Assembly: GCA_028023455.1 (NCBI GenBank)
Contig: JAQFVV010000006.1
Location: 1,922,001-1,986,000 of the forward strand
Direction of reading: 5' to 3'
DNA from: Epiperipatus broadwayi
Taxonomy: Eukaryota > Animalia > Onychophora
Length of the DNA stretch: 64,000 nucleotides
Under the pieces are notes generated by a model. That model was not told where the DNA came from, did not search any database, and saw nothing but the letters and a program-made list of their open reading frames with translations. Of this stretch, positions 1 to 12,480 are shown piece by piece. The first letter of the stretch is position 1. Each line of letters starts with the position of its first letter. The position numbers were made by a program, and so were the translations under genes.

Positions 1-531
1 AATCTGGCTAGATTTGAATTCATTTTTTAATTGGTTCATTTTCAGTAAAGATATGGTGTACAGCCATGAATACTAACCTGCCCCATAAAAGGTCCTCGAA
101 GAGAAGAATAATAGTAGTTGTTACATGCCATTGTCTGCAATAAGCACTTATTTATGCACAGTTTGTGCTGTCTAGCAAATAATTTTTAATGTTTTTACCT
201 ACACCTTGTGATGTAAAAAAATGAATATATTCTATGTGCTTATATTAGGTGGGTTGGTAGGTGGGATGAGGTTTGATTAGTAAACCATAGATTACATTTC
301 TCTCCTTGACAATTAAGTAATTATATATACACAAAATGTACGCCTCTGTAACTGCCATAGGACAATTTTAATGTAAATATGTGAATAACTGTGTATATTA
401 GTGTTTAAATTTGTATTAATAAACTTCTTTTAAAAATAAACCACTCATCTGTTTATTTCAAAGCAAAACACAACAGATATTTTGGTTTATGTTTACATTT
501 CAAACTAATCTTTTAATTCTTATTTTTGCAG

Positions 532-658
532 ATCTTGATTTTGCTAAACTTGCTAGAGGATTCGCTCTCCTTCACCTCCCCAGAATGCCTGAACTAAAAA
601 ACAAGGAGTTTCCTGATTTCAAACCATACCATATAGATGTCAACACAATACCCTACAA
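532..658 (+). CDS. DDX55: Internal coding exon of DEAD-box RNA helicase DDX55/Spb4 (C-terminal extension region)
   Basis: Acceptor tatttttgcag| at 531, donor |gtaagt at 659. Translates (D)LDFAKLARGFALLHLPRMPELKNKEFPDFKPYHIDVNTIPY(K), matching my recollection of human DDX55 DLDFASLARGFALLRMPKMPELRGKQFPDF...DTIPFK. Phase 1 in, phase 2 out. Confidence 0.9.
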
Positions 659-2869
659 GTAAGTAAATGTTTTAGATGGATCTTAGTAATGAAAGAAGCT
701 TATAACAAATATTTTTTATATGATAGAATTGTCTGGGAGGGGGGAGTAATGCAATTCATGGGAAACTTATTGTTTGTTTAATATAATGGGGTGTTAAACA
801 GAGCAAAACTCTCCATACAGTATCATGTGATGCTTAATGGTTTATAATGGGGTGTGTTATGGACACCTTTTCTATCATCTTTGATAGGTAATTAGATATC
901 CTATTAATTAATTATTATATATTGTATAGACAAAGCCTTGCCCTTTTTCATCCACCCATAAAAAGAACCTCAACTTTTTTTATGTTAATCTTTCTTCTAA
1001 TTATATACATCCCACAATTGAAGCTTTCAATTTGAAAGTAAATAAGTTTTTTAGAAGGAAGATTGAATGTATATGCATTTTATGTGTTCTTGGTCTTTTC
1101 CCATCTTGACTTATTATCTTCTTTATTTAGCTTTATTTGCTTTCACAGTAAGAACTTGACATTTAAAAATATGAATAGTTTTAAAGTAAAAAAAATATCA
1201 TTTTTGTAGTGTCATTGTAAGTTTTGTTTGTATATAAATACGATTGATTTCTGATTAATTAAGAAATAACAATTTTGTATTTTTTTTAGCATTTTATGCA
1301 AAAAATGCCAAAAACATCAAATGTTTTATTGCTCAGGAAAGCAAAAGCCGTGATTTCATTGGACCACAATCTATGGGTTTTGAGTTTGCTATTTTATTGA
1401 TGCACTAATCCACGTAGAGCTAGTTTTTATGTTATTGTTTGTTAATGATATCTTTGTTTCAATTCTACAAGCACAAATGTAAATAATGAATAAAGTTAAT
1501 TACCATGGCCTTTGGCTAACTTTGTTGAATACATAATTTTTCCTCCGGTTATGATTAAACACTTTTAGGCTTAGTTAGAATTTTGATATCAAACTTCATT
1601 GAATTACTGACTACTGTAATCTAATCATTTTCTTTGGTCTGGTGCAATGGTAAGATGGCAATCTCAAGAACATAAAGTCCTTAAATTAAAACTCAGTCTA
1701 TTACATCTGGTGTACAAACATCACATTCTATCAACTAAGGATTCAGTCATTTTTCTTATTGGACTTTATGTTGGCGTAGCCAAATTTTCATTATTGGTCT
1801 TTAGCTATATGTTTTGTATAAAGTGTATAACTGACATTGTTTGCACCTTTTATTTACTCTCCTTGCATTTCAAAATTGAATAAATGAAAATTTGACACAT
1901 TGATGTTTTCAACCAGGTCAACTAGCCTGTATTGCTTTTCAAGCACTAGATCAATGACTATATATATCACCAACAATGTTGCCTGCCTCTTATCAGCTTA
2001 CTCATATGCTTCCAAGGACTATTCTGTCATCTTTTGTAGGCTTCGATTATAAATAGACACTGATAGTGTAATGTTATAAAATCTTTATGAGGATACTAGT
2101 TTCTGACTTTTGCTTTCAAAATAGAATTCATGTTAGGAACTAATGGATTACACATCTAGCATTTTGCACTTATTTGCTAATATTATTCAAAATATCCTGA
2201 AATTAAAAAAAAATGTATAGCTTTATATCCAAGCTAACTCTTTTTCATAATTATATAACTTTGACACCAGATCAGTTTCTGTATATTATACAATCTTTAG
2301 TTTTACGATGATTATAAGCTTTTTCTACTCCTTCACTAGGAATATTAATTTCAGCAATGTTACATGAGTTTGTTTGCATACTTATATGTTTTACAAGAGC
2401 AGTTATTTCGATCCTACTTAGATCTGTCTATAAAATCTTTAAAGTAATATAGGATGGCAGTAAATGTGTAAATGTATTACTTTTGACTTGGAAATTCCAT
2501 TTTCATTGTAGAAGACAAAATATAGATACCTATTTGTATATGAATATTTTATAGCTGTATATCATTTGATATCTATTGATTCCTCAAGTTTATAGCAGAT
2601 GGTGCTAGAGTTAAGTGAAAATACTGATTCTGAAATGAAATAGAATTTAAAAAAATGTCTTTTGTTTAATCATTTTCCTCAGGTTTTATATAATTTGGTT
2701 TTCCCCAGACAGTAAGCTTAATATATTTTCTAAAATGCCTCATATCAAAAATGTTATATAAAAAACAAGCAATTCAATGGGGTTTTTTTTTAGCCAAAAT
2801 TTTATTTATCATAAATTTGATATATATATAATATTATATTTAATGTTTTCACGGTTCTATATGTAGATA

Positions 2870-3123
2870 AATTAATATTTTTGTGAATAAACCGTGTATT
2901 ATTTTGCATTACAATCTTATATTTTGATGGACTAGCAGCCACCATTATCAAGGTTAACTTTTGAAAGAAAAATCATTAGATCTCAAACACCGAGTCACGT
3001 TATTGTTTGAGATCTAATGATTTTTCTTTCAAAAGTTAACCTTGATAATGGTGGTTGCTAGTCCATTGAAATATTGGATTGTAATACAAAATAATACACG
3101 GTTTATTCCCAAAAATATTAATT
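2870..3123. mobile_element. ~250-bp foldback element with HHR-like motif in each arm
   Basis: Arm 2870-2988 is the reverse complement of 3004-3123 with few mismatches; short central spacer. Confidence 0.8.
3038..3080 (+). ncRNA. Minimal type I hammerhead-like motif, U3-A8 core variant
   Basis: AACC TTGATAA T GGTGG ttgctagt CCATT GAAA TATT GGATT: core, helix II, GAAA, palindromic ATAT helix III, weak helix I. Mirrored in the left arm. Confidence 0.6.
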
Positions 3124-4489
3124 TTTATATATAAAACATTAATAAATATAACTTAAAATAAATAAAAAAAGTTATAATTAATGAATAAATATTTTACTGT
3201 GCATATTTTTAAACCTCCTGTATTCTGACAGATTTCTTTGTTCTCACTTACTTTAAGCTTTCACTTAATATTAAACCATTATTATTTATCAGAATATAAT
3301 AAATTTGATCTTATTGATAGATATTTTTGTTTAGAAATTAAATAAAAATTTAAAAATCACATGTGATTTTCAGAATTATTTTAAAAATTAGATTTTAATC
3401 TAAAACAAATCACTGTTTCATTTTCAGTTGGAGCAGATTTAATTTGCAAATTGAATAAAATCTTTGTTTGATATTTGTTTTAAAAACCTGAACAAATTAT
3501 TATTAATAATTAGTAAATCAATCAAATTATGATTTAAATGTTTATAATTTTTACAATATCGCTAAATGTTATTATAGATTGTTTTGTCATGACATTTTCT
3601 AGACTTGAATTTCCCATGGTGGTAGTCTTCATAGTGACATTACTCAGAAGAATACAAGATTTTATATTTAAAAATAAAACATTTCTGTAAAAAAAAAATG
3701 TGTAGTGCAATATATTTGTGATTTCTAATAATTATTATACAATTATAATGCAAAAATAATCATAAACTTTTCACAAAATCAAATTTTTAGACCATCATAA
3801 TATTTCTCAAAGTAAACTTGCAAAGTTTGAGATTGCCAAATATATAATAGGTACTCTTCATCATAGAGATTAAGAAATTTGAAGACCGACTTATTAGATT
3901 ATTCTGATATCTTTTGATTTTTTTTAAAATTAAAATATTAGAAAAAAAATATATATGTGAATTTTAAAGTTGTAAAAAAATGGTTTGCAAAATTTCTCAG
4001 TAGAGGGTGAAAAACGCAAATTCAATTTCTTGACTTTCTGTACAATAAAACATCGTAATGAAAAATGGCATGATTAATGAGGGCAAGACTAACCTCTGTG
4101 TATTTCATTTACAATATATATATATTTTAATGATAATTTGTAATCTGTCATTGTGAATTAAACATTATGATTGATATTTTATTGATTGGTAATTTGTTAA
4201 ATTAAAATGGAGCATTATAAAAAGAAAGTTATTATAGTGAACATTTTAATTAATTTATTTAATATTCTCTCATAAATGCTTTTTTCTGTTTGTAATCCTT
4301 TAATCAATAAAACTTTGATTTTTTTGCACCTTTATTAATTTTTCTTCTTAAATCAATATTCTGCTACTATTTTTTAAGCCAAATGCAGTCATAATGAAAT
4401 AAAAATTAAATTCTGGAACTTAATGTTCTATTGATTACTGTAATTTTAATAACATAAATGATTATAACACTATACTATCTTGCTCCACA

Positions 4490-4885
4490 CAATATTGCCA
4501 CCTAGTGCAAGCCATAGTAATCAATGGATGTTAAAAGGTTAGTACATTAAAATCTATCTTCTATATACTTATCTAGTAGTCCATAATCCATTATAATATC
4601 ACACGGTCATCATTTATTGCTTACACAATTGTAAACACAATAGCAACTTTCTCCCTACAATATTGCCATCTAGTGCAAGCTAAAGTAATCAATGGATGCT
4701 AGATGATTAGTACATTAAAATCTGTATCTAGTGCCTACTCATCTAGTATCCCATAAACCACTATAGCATTACTGGATACCATTTCTATTGCTTACACAAT
4801 CTGTTAACACTAACAGTTTTCTTGTTACAATATTGCTACTGTGTTAACAGATTGTGTTAAGTGCAAGAAATGGTAATCATGTGAT
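4490..4885. repeat. Decayed tandem fragments of repeat family A (terminal part, no HHR)
   Basis: Two to three copies of ctagtgcaagccatagtaatcaatggatg...ctagtgcctactcatc, shared with 21.3k, 30.3k, 34.1k, 42.1k and 50.6k. Confidence 0.7.
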
Positions 4886-7872
4886 GTTATGAATATGAGG
4901 CCTCTGACCCTTAAAAGCACTTAGCCACTTAATTAAATATATATATATATATACATTTCTTTATTTGTCTTCAGCTTTGTGTGCTTGTGTGTGTTAGTGC
5001 ATTTTATATTTTGCACTTTAGAACAACCCACGAAGTTTAAACTGTTTGCTCATGTGACGTTATAATGATTTAACATAAATGATTATTATATACATGTATA
5101 TATAATTGCCAACATTTATTTTGTCTGGGGGCAGGGAGAATTAAAAATTGTATAAGCATGAAAATATTGATTAGAAATTAGTTAAATATAGATTGATTTT
5201 TAGGCAATGTGTTATAATTTAAAATTTATTATTAATGCACTTTGTTATTATAGATGATCAAAGATGTGTTCTTAGTTATATACGGAATTAAATTTGTTTT
5301 CTTTTATTATTTGTTATATCTCATTTGCCTTCAAATAATGGACTAGTCCAGATTCCATTTTATATTGATCAAATTCAGCACTCGTCAACATGGACCAATA
5401 GATATCCAATTTAAAAATAACATTTAATGGCAAGAATTGTCCCATGGGCTTTTATGCTATCTGAATTTGATTATTTCCATCTGGCTATAAATTGTCATTC
5501 CATTTGGAAGTAAGGGAGACAACAGCAGTCAGAACAGAATAATAGTGTGCAGTTTGTCCACTATAACACTGGGAGCTGTTAGACATAGATGAGACACAGG
5601 GCAATGTGTCACATTTATAATGAAAACCCCTGTTCAGCTACTGATAAATTGTGAAGATATTGACTACAAATTAAGCAAATAAGTGTATTTGTAATTTATG
5701 TTTAATATCCTTTGATTGTACAAAATTTATTATTTTCATAATACATGAAATAATTTTTTTTAGATAAGATAATTCTGATAAACTATGTTAGCATTTTTGC
5801 CATGGGCAAAATTTGTATTTATAAGAATATTGAACAAAAATTAATTTAGTGAGTATATTTTAACTAGTGTGCACATTTTAAAATTTATTATTAACAAACT
5901 TTGTTACAGAATACAATCCATGTTTGTTTTTGATTATATATTGTAGTAAATAAAACTTGTATTTTTAAGCTGTAGAAAGTGAAATAATTGTTTGCATCAG
6001 ATGTGCCATAAATTACAATACAGATTGCCTTACAAGAATACTGAAATTAAATTAGATAAGTGGTGTAATCATATTTGTAAATATTTTAACTGCATATAAT
6101 GAATAAATCCTGTAAAGTGGTGTATTTGTTTTTTTGGCATGAATTTTGCCCTTTTATCTTCACACAATTTTGCTCTGGTAATATCATTAGACATAAAAGA
6201 TGCTTATCATTTTTAAAAAATAGGATTTAAAATTTTTTTTTTTTCATTTTAGAGTTTCTTAAAGTGAATCAAATGGTAATTATAAATTGAGGGCGATCAT
6301 TGTGGAAAATCCTCATATAAAGATGTGTCTTATGCAGATGTGGAGTGAGAGGATAGTCATCTGCAAATTACAGTAGAATTATTATTTTTTAAAAAGCATT
6401 TATTGAATCGATTTGCAGAAATCATGTGATATTTCATTGATATAAAATTGGATTGAATGACATCATTATTTTTTTTTTGTTTACTTTTGAATGATAAATT
6501 ATTTTAGATCGTTAGGTAGGCTGCTATGTAGCCAGCTATTTGAAGAAAAAAAAGCTTTTCGGAAATTGGGGGGGGGATTTGTAATAGCATCCAGCCTTGG
6601 TTTGAATCCTAGGCATAGCTGATGCTTATCACTACATTATGAATCTTTACTTTTGTATATAATCTTGAATAAATTTTGCCTTTTTAAAAACAAATATATA
6701 TATTGGTAATATATATTATTTTATTTGCTTCACTAGAGTAGACATTGATATCAAAAGTAATTGCTTTAACTTATAATCGACGTTTATTTGAACGTATATA
6801 TATATATATATATGCTTGATTGATGTTTACAGTTTTTACTTTAGATTTAAATTGTATTTTTTGTATTTCTATAACTTTTTTTTTTTTAAATGGATGGTGC
6901 ATTAGATATTTTTTGATTGGTTTGTATTTTATTTTTTTTCCATTCCATTTCAGATAAATATAGTTTATTACAAAATTGCCAATTCATCTTATCATATATA
7001 TATTAATATCCTCTCTTATGATTTTTTTTATCCATTCTCTGCCATATCTTTTTTATCTATTCATTGTAATGTGAAATTTGAACTATATGGAAAAGTTGCG
7101 GAATAGAAAAATAAGATTAAAGAAAAATGTATTTCTTTTTTTTTCATTTTCAGATTTATATATACAATATTAGAATTTTAGCTTGATGGTTAGAATATAT
7201 TTTTTCCTCCTTGTATACATTGTGTTAGCTAGGCTATTGAACAATGTTTATCAGAGATACTCAGACTTTTACAAATGAAATCTAAATTCACAGTCTATTT
7301 AAATTTATAAATCTTTTCTAGGAAGCATTTAGTTCATAAGAACTTAAAAAATTACTTTCTGTTGAATGATTTTCGTTTAGTGAACTTCTAAAAAAATTAA
7401 TACACCTCTATGTATATACACACATCCGGATCTCACGATTGCAAGTATATCCGCATGCCATGTTTATATTCCGAGTTTGAATTTGAGGCAAAACTTGGAA
7501 ATTTATTTTGCAAGTTCTCCTAATAAAGTTTTTTTTTTCCAGCTAACTGTAATCAATTCAATGTAGCATCCAATATTGGTTAGTAAATGGGTATTCAGTT
7601 ATTTTTAACTAGAGGGCAAAACAAGAATAAAAATTACTCAAATTTTCATGTTGCCTTGGCCCTACAATGGGCCACTTAAATTCTGTGTTAATTTTTGTTA
7701 TAATGGATAATCTTTAAAGATTTTTTTGACCTCAAACAAGCTTATGGTTTATATTCTCAAATGCTTTAATTGAAGTTAAGCTAACTAACTATTCCATATT
7801 GATTGAAATGGGCATTCGACTGTTATTCTCTAGAGCCGAGATCAGAACCTGCAATTCTGTTGCCACATGCAT

Positions 7873-7981
7873 CTTTTTTTTTTTCAAACTTGTATGTCAA
7901 ATGCGTTGACCAGGAAGCGAATCTGGGCCAGTTACTTGGAAGGCAGCTATGTTAACCGCTAGGCCACCAACGCTTGACAAA
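7873..7981 (-). mobile_element. Short tRNA-Gly(TCC)-derived SINE
   Basis: Reverse complement GCGTTGGTGGCCTAGCGGTTAACATAGCTGCCTTCCAAGTAACTGGCCCAGATTCGCTTCCTGGTCAACGCA, then TTTGACATAC and an A tail. Same family at 9.4k, 38.2k, 44.1k, 45.7k, 57.1k. Confidence 0.8.
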
Positions 7982-8816
7982 CTTGTGTCTCTTTTTATCA
8001 ATGTAAACGTAAATACATTTTTAAATTTTTATTCAAAATTTGTAAATAAATATTTCACGATTCTATCCATATTGCTTCTTGGATTCAGTCTTATTATAGA
8101 ATAATAATTACTGTATCTATAATGAATGCTGGAATAATGGAAATTTGTAAATAAATTAAACTGTCAAAGTTATTTTTTGTTTATTTATTTTTAAGAGAAT
8201 TTCTATTTTTATTCTATGTATATTCAAATTTGCTTACATTATTCAAGTAGTTTCTTTCTTCTTTATAACCTAAAGCTGAGTACACTTTTGGTGAATTTCA
8301 TCATAATTATAGCTCTCTATTACTAAAATAAATGTTCAAATTTAACCACAATCATTCAGAAGTCCATATTTTTCATGAACCTCATTTTGACCACTTTTTT
8401 TGCGACTCTTCAAATTTTTCATCGAAATTTTTAAACAAAATGGCTCTTGATACTAAAAGGTTGCCAACCCCTGCATTGGAGAGTCATAATTTTTTTAATT
8501 CAGAAACATTCAAATTTTATGTCATTATCATCCTTTATGCTAAGTTGAACGAGGCATTCAGAAACGATATTCAGGAATGTTTCTATAACCTAAAAAAAAA
8601 TGCACGAAATCCTTAAATCTGCAATGATTTCCAGGTATTATTTTAGTATAAATTATTTAATAGACGCACACATTTAAAGAAAATAAATAAATAAACATGC
8701 TGCATATAGTTGCAAAATGTTTTGTTTTATCTTGCTTAAATTTGCATTTTGAAGCATATAATTTTTATTTTTAATAGACAAACTTAAAAACGAACAGGAT
8801 AAACATACTTTACGAC

Positions 8817-9213
8817 TGTATTTTTATATTGGACTATTTCCATCTTCTAACATGCATATTGAATGTCCTTAGAAAAATTTAACTTTATTTAAATATTCCA
8901 AATACATTCAGCTGTTAGTATCAATGCCTTTGGCACGATGGCTCAGTTGGTTAGAGCATTACCTTAAAATTCAATAATCAAAAATCTAAGGATCCAGCTT
9001 CAAATCCCATCCTAGTACTGTCATCGGTCGGGCCAGCAACACCGGAAGACGAAGGGAGGATAATACCTCTTGAAACATTGTGCATATACTAACCTGTTTG
9101 ATGTGCTGTTACTAACAGTTGAATGTATTTGGAATATTTAAATAAAGTTACATTTTTCTAAAGGCATTCAATACGCATATGCGATGATGGAAATAGTCCA
9201 ATATAAAAATACA
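8817..9213 (+). mobile_element. Family B: foldback element enclosing a tRNA-like Pol III promoter and an HHR-like motif
   Basis: Inverted arms 8817-8920 / 9110-9213. A box TGGCTCAGTTGG (8939-8950), decayed B box (~8996-9007), HHR remnant CGGAAGA..GAGG ataata CCTC TT GAAA (9033-9090). Homologous to 35468-36027. Confidence 0.75.
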
Positions 9214-9365
9214 ACTAGAACACTATCATCACAAATCTTCAAGAAAATACTTTATGACTAACTTTTTAAAATACTTTTCAATTGATTAATTGCTCTTGTG
9301 TTAAAGTTGTTAAAAAGGTAATAAACATTCTATTTCCAGTTAGAAGAAAATAAAATAGAAGTCAC

Positions 9366-9440
9366 TTTTTTTTTCATGTGTCATAGCATCAGCCGGGAAG
9401 CGAACCTGCTAACCCAGGACAACTTCTTGTAAGGCAGCTA
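9366..9440 (-). mobile_element. 5'-truncated tRNA-Gly-derived SINE (TAC-anticodon subfamily)
   Basis: GCTGCCTTACAAGAAGTTGTCCTGGGTTAGCAGGTTCGCTTCCCGGCTGATGCTATGACACATG-A(n); same short insertion before the B box as the 57.1k copy. Confidence 0.7.
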
Positions 9441-11141
9441 AATGTAATTAAATAACTGAGATGAACTTCCTTAAGAAGAAAGCAGAAAATACAAACAACT
9501 GGGAAAATTGTAAAAAAAAATTTTTGGTTTCTGATTATAAGTGGAATACCTTTAATTAATGATATCTATTATTCATAAATATCTATTATCCAAATAAAAT
9601 TTGAAAAGGTGATTTTTCATCTTTTACAATAAGTAAATTAATAAATAGTCTATTTATATTGCACTTGACTACAGTATGTAATATAAAGAAGGAAACAATC
9701 GTGTACTTTTATGGAATTACACACACTCACTTGTAAGCATTAATTTGTACACACAGTTATAAGCAAAAGTATTGGAGATGTCAGCGAATATTTATAAATT
9801 AATGTCTAATTGCTAATTGGAAATCTGACCTTTATTTTAAACCATAAATTGTAAGACAAAGAAGATTAATCAGTAAAAGTACATTCTTGGTTAAATTACT
9901 GCTATAAAAAAATATTTCTACTGGTATAAAAACAATAGTTGAAAAGTCTAAATTGTTAATAGTAAAATAAATATAGATACCATACATAAAATATGTATAA
10001 AAAAACCTACGAATATTCAATTCGCTTGTTGGGTTTTGTGAACTGATGGATCTTAAGGTCCATGGATCATGGCACATTTCTGACACTTCTGGTGCTTGGT
10101 CTTTTTACAAACTCCTGAGCAACCAATCAATTGATGATTTTTTTGCTCTGCATGATTCGAAGACTCAATTTATGGATCCGTCTCCAGCTCTGTCATTTTC
10201 AATGCTCAAACTTATTGCGAGCTCCCGGACAATAAAGTCATTTGAGTATTTTTTTAAATATTCACATTTTTAGCATTGGAGATTTACAATGAAGTGGTAG
10301 GAGATGTAGGATGTATTCCTTTAATCAAAAAAACTCACAAAACCTTAAAATGCTAGGATTTTGGATTAATGACTTCAGCCACTGCAAAAATAAACCTTAA
10401 ATGTGATTTACAGAATGTGTTTAATTCCATAAATAATAAAATTAATTTGTCTTTTTCCTGTAATCATTGCCTAACTTGGTCTGCTTTAATGTAAATTTGC
10501 ATGAACAGTTCTCTTCACTTGACTTTCGAGCCATCTACAGTCAATTCGAATAAATCCACATACTAGTTTTTGTTTTATAAGCTTTTATCAGGCAGGAAGT
10601 TGAATCTAAAGCTGGACTTGTGTCTATCAGCCATTTTTAATTTTTATACTGTCGGGCTAATATCTGAAAGTTACGGGGATAAAAAATCATTAAGAATTTT
10701 GAGTCAAGACCTATTTGCTTGTTCATTAATATTTGACATTGTTGTATATAACTTTATCTTTTGTGATTAGATGTTTTAATGATGTCAGTTCTTTGTCGAA
10801 ATTGGACATCTTTAACTTGTCATTTAGCATGGGATATAACATCAAAATATAATGTGCGACATATTGCCTTTAGGATAAATTTTTTTCCAGAGCAACCTGT
10901 TGTAAGCTTGAATAATTTTCAGTCACTAGATTATGAGTTTACTTTATTCCTAGTCTCATTATAGCTTTTGCGTTGTGGTCTTTGTGGGTGAGAAACTTTG
11001 ATCCAATGCTGGATCCCTAATTTACTTATCTTACCATCACTTTAATATTGATATTAAAAAGGGAATATCTTCAAATTAAAGTAGCAACCTAAGACCATTT
11101 GCGTGTGATTCAATAAAAGTAACTATTAAATTGACATCAGT

Positions 11142-11157
11142 TTTGTTGTTGTTGTTG

Positions 11158-11192
<35 letters not shown>

Positions 11193-11240
11193 GTTACTGT
11201 TATTATTACTATTACTATTATTATTATTAATAATAATAAT
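11142..11240. repeat. Compound (TTG)n/(TTA)n microsatellite
   Basis: Directly visible; explains the poly-Asn ORF 11076-11270. Confidence 0.95.
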
Positions 11241-12059
11241 ATTTATATTTGTGTTATATATTTCTTTCAATTGTTAGCAGTAACTACATTGCTTAAAGAC
11301 ATGGGAGGGTATTGACCATATACTGTAGTAGCTTCACACTATCTGTGTATGAACTCAGACAGTCTAAAACTTAAATTAGTTTTAGCGTTCAACTACACGT
11401 GGAAATTCTCTTGTATCTAATAGTCACATAGCGAACTTCACTAATCACTATTAGTTGGTAAATGATTGTTTACGTATTTTTAGCTAGAGGCTGAAATGAA
11501 GATGGAAAAATATTCAAACCTTCACTACCAGGGGAAGTTGGCACTTCATTAGTAAAGCCTCTTTCATGGTCCTCTAGAAAGATGGAGAAGGAAAGACTTT
11601 TGTGATACCAGGCTTTTTTAAAAGAGGATTTTTTTTTATCTTTTAAATGATTACTTAACTTCTTTAAAATTGAAACAATAATAACTGCTGTTCACATTGG
11701 CCTATGCTTAACAATAGTCAAACATCAATAAGCTATGAAAAGAATTGAACCATGCCACTCATTCTCTTAACTCTGTTAGTTATTTAAGTTTAAATTAGTC
11801 AACAAATCTAAGAGTGAATCTGTATTACAATGATTATAAGACCAACTTTTTTTGATTTGTAAAAGGGGAGTGCATCTTAACTTGGACACAAAAATTTTAA
11901 CATCTTTTTTGTGTAGATCTTTGCTTTATACTATACATACACATAATATTGTGATCATTATCTGTAGAAAAAGATTTAATATTAAATGTCAATATTTTTG
12001 GATTAATTTTATAAATGGCTTTAACTTTCTCAAATTGCTACTTTTAATATTATTTTATC

Positions 12060-12480
12060 AAGAAATCCATACTGAATAATCTTTAGATTTTTTTACAACT
12101 AATAAATCATTATCACAATGAGATAAGAACCTACCTCCCATGCTGATTCGATGTTTCTTATCCTCTACACAAGAGAGTGCCTGTCAATGATTTTGACTGT
12201 TCCAATATTTTCATTTTGATTCTCAAAGTGAAAATACATGTTTTAGCATCTTTTATTGTTCTTTTGCAGATTTTACAGTTATTTTATCAAGAAAACCACA
12301 CTGAATCATCTTCAGAAATTTCTTACATCTAATAAATTAATACCACAATTAGATAAGAACCTAACTTCCATGGCACTGATTGGCTGTTTCTTGTTCTCTA
12401 TACAAGAGAGCATCTGCCAATGATTTTGAGTATCATCATTTTGATTTTCAAAGTGAAAGTGTATGTTTTAGAATCATTTA
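12060..12480. repeat. Old tandem duplication, period ~230 bp
   Basis: agataagaaccta...acaagagag...caatgattttga...tcaaagtgaaa occurs at ~12120 and ~12350. Confidence 0.8.

Noticed and set aside
7902-7973. tRNA-Gly copies as functional tRNA genes
   Set aside because: Broken stems, altered B box, shared trailer and A tail, and a TSD at 45.7k indicate retroposed SINE copies.
11076-11270. Poly-Asn ORF and other short ORF-track entries (17965-18183, 51751-52038, 51854-52162)
   Set aside because: Explained by microsatellite, tandem duplication or homopolymer-rich sequence; no splice or homology support.
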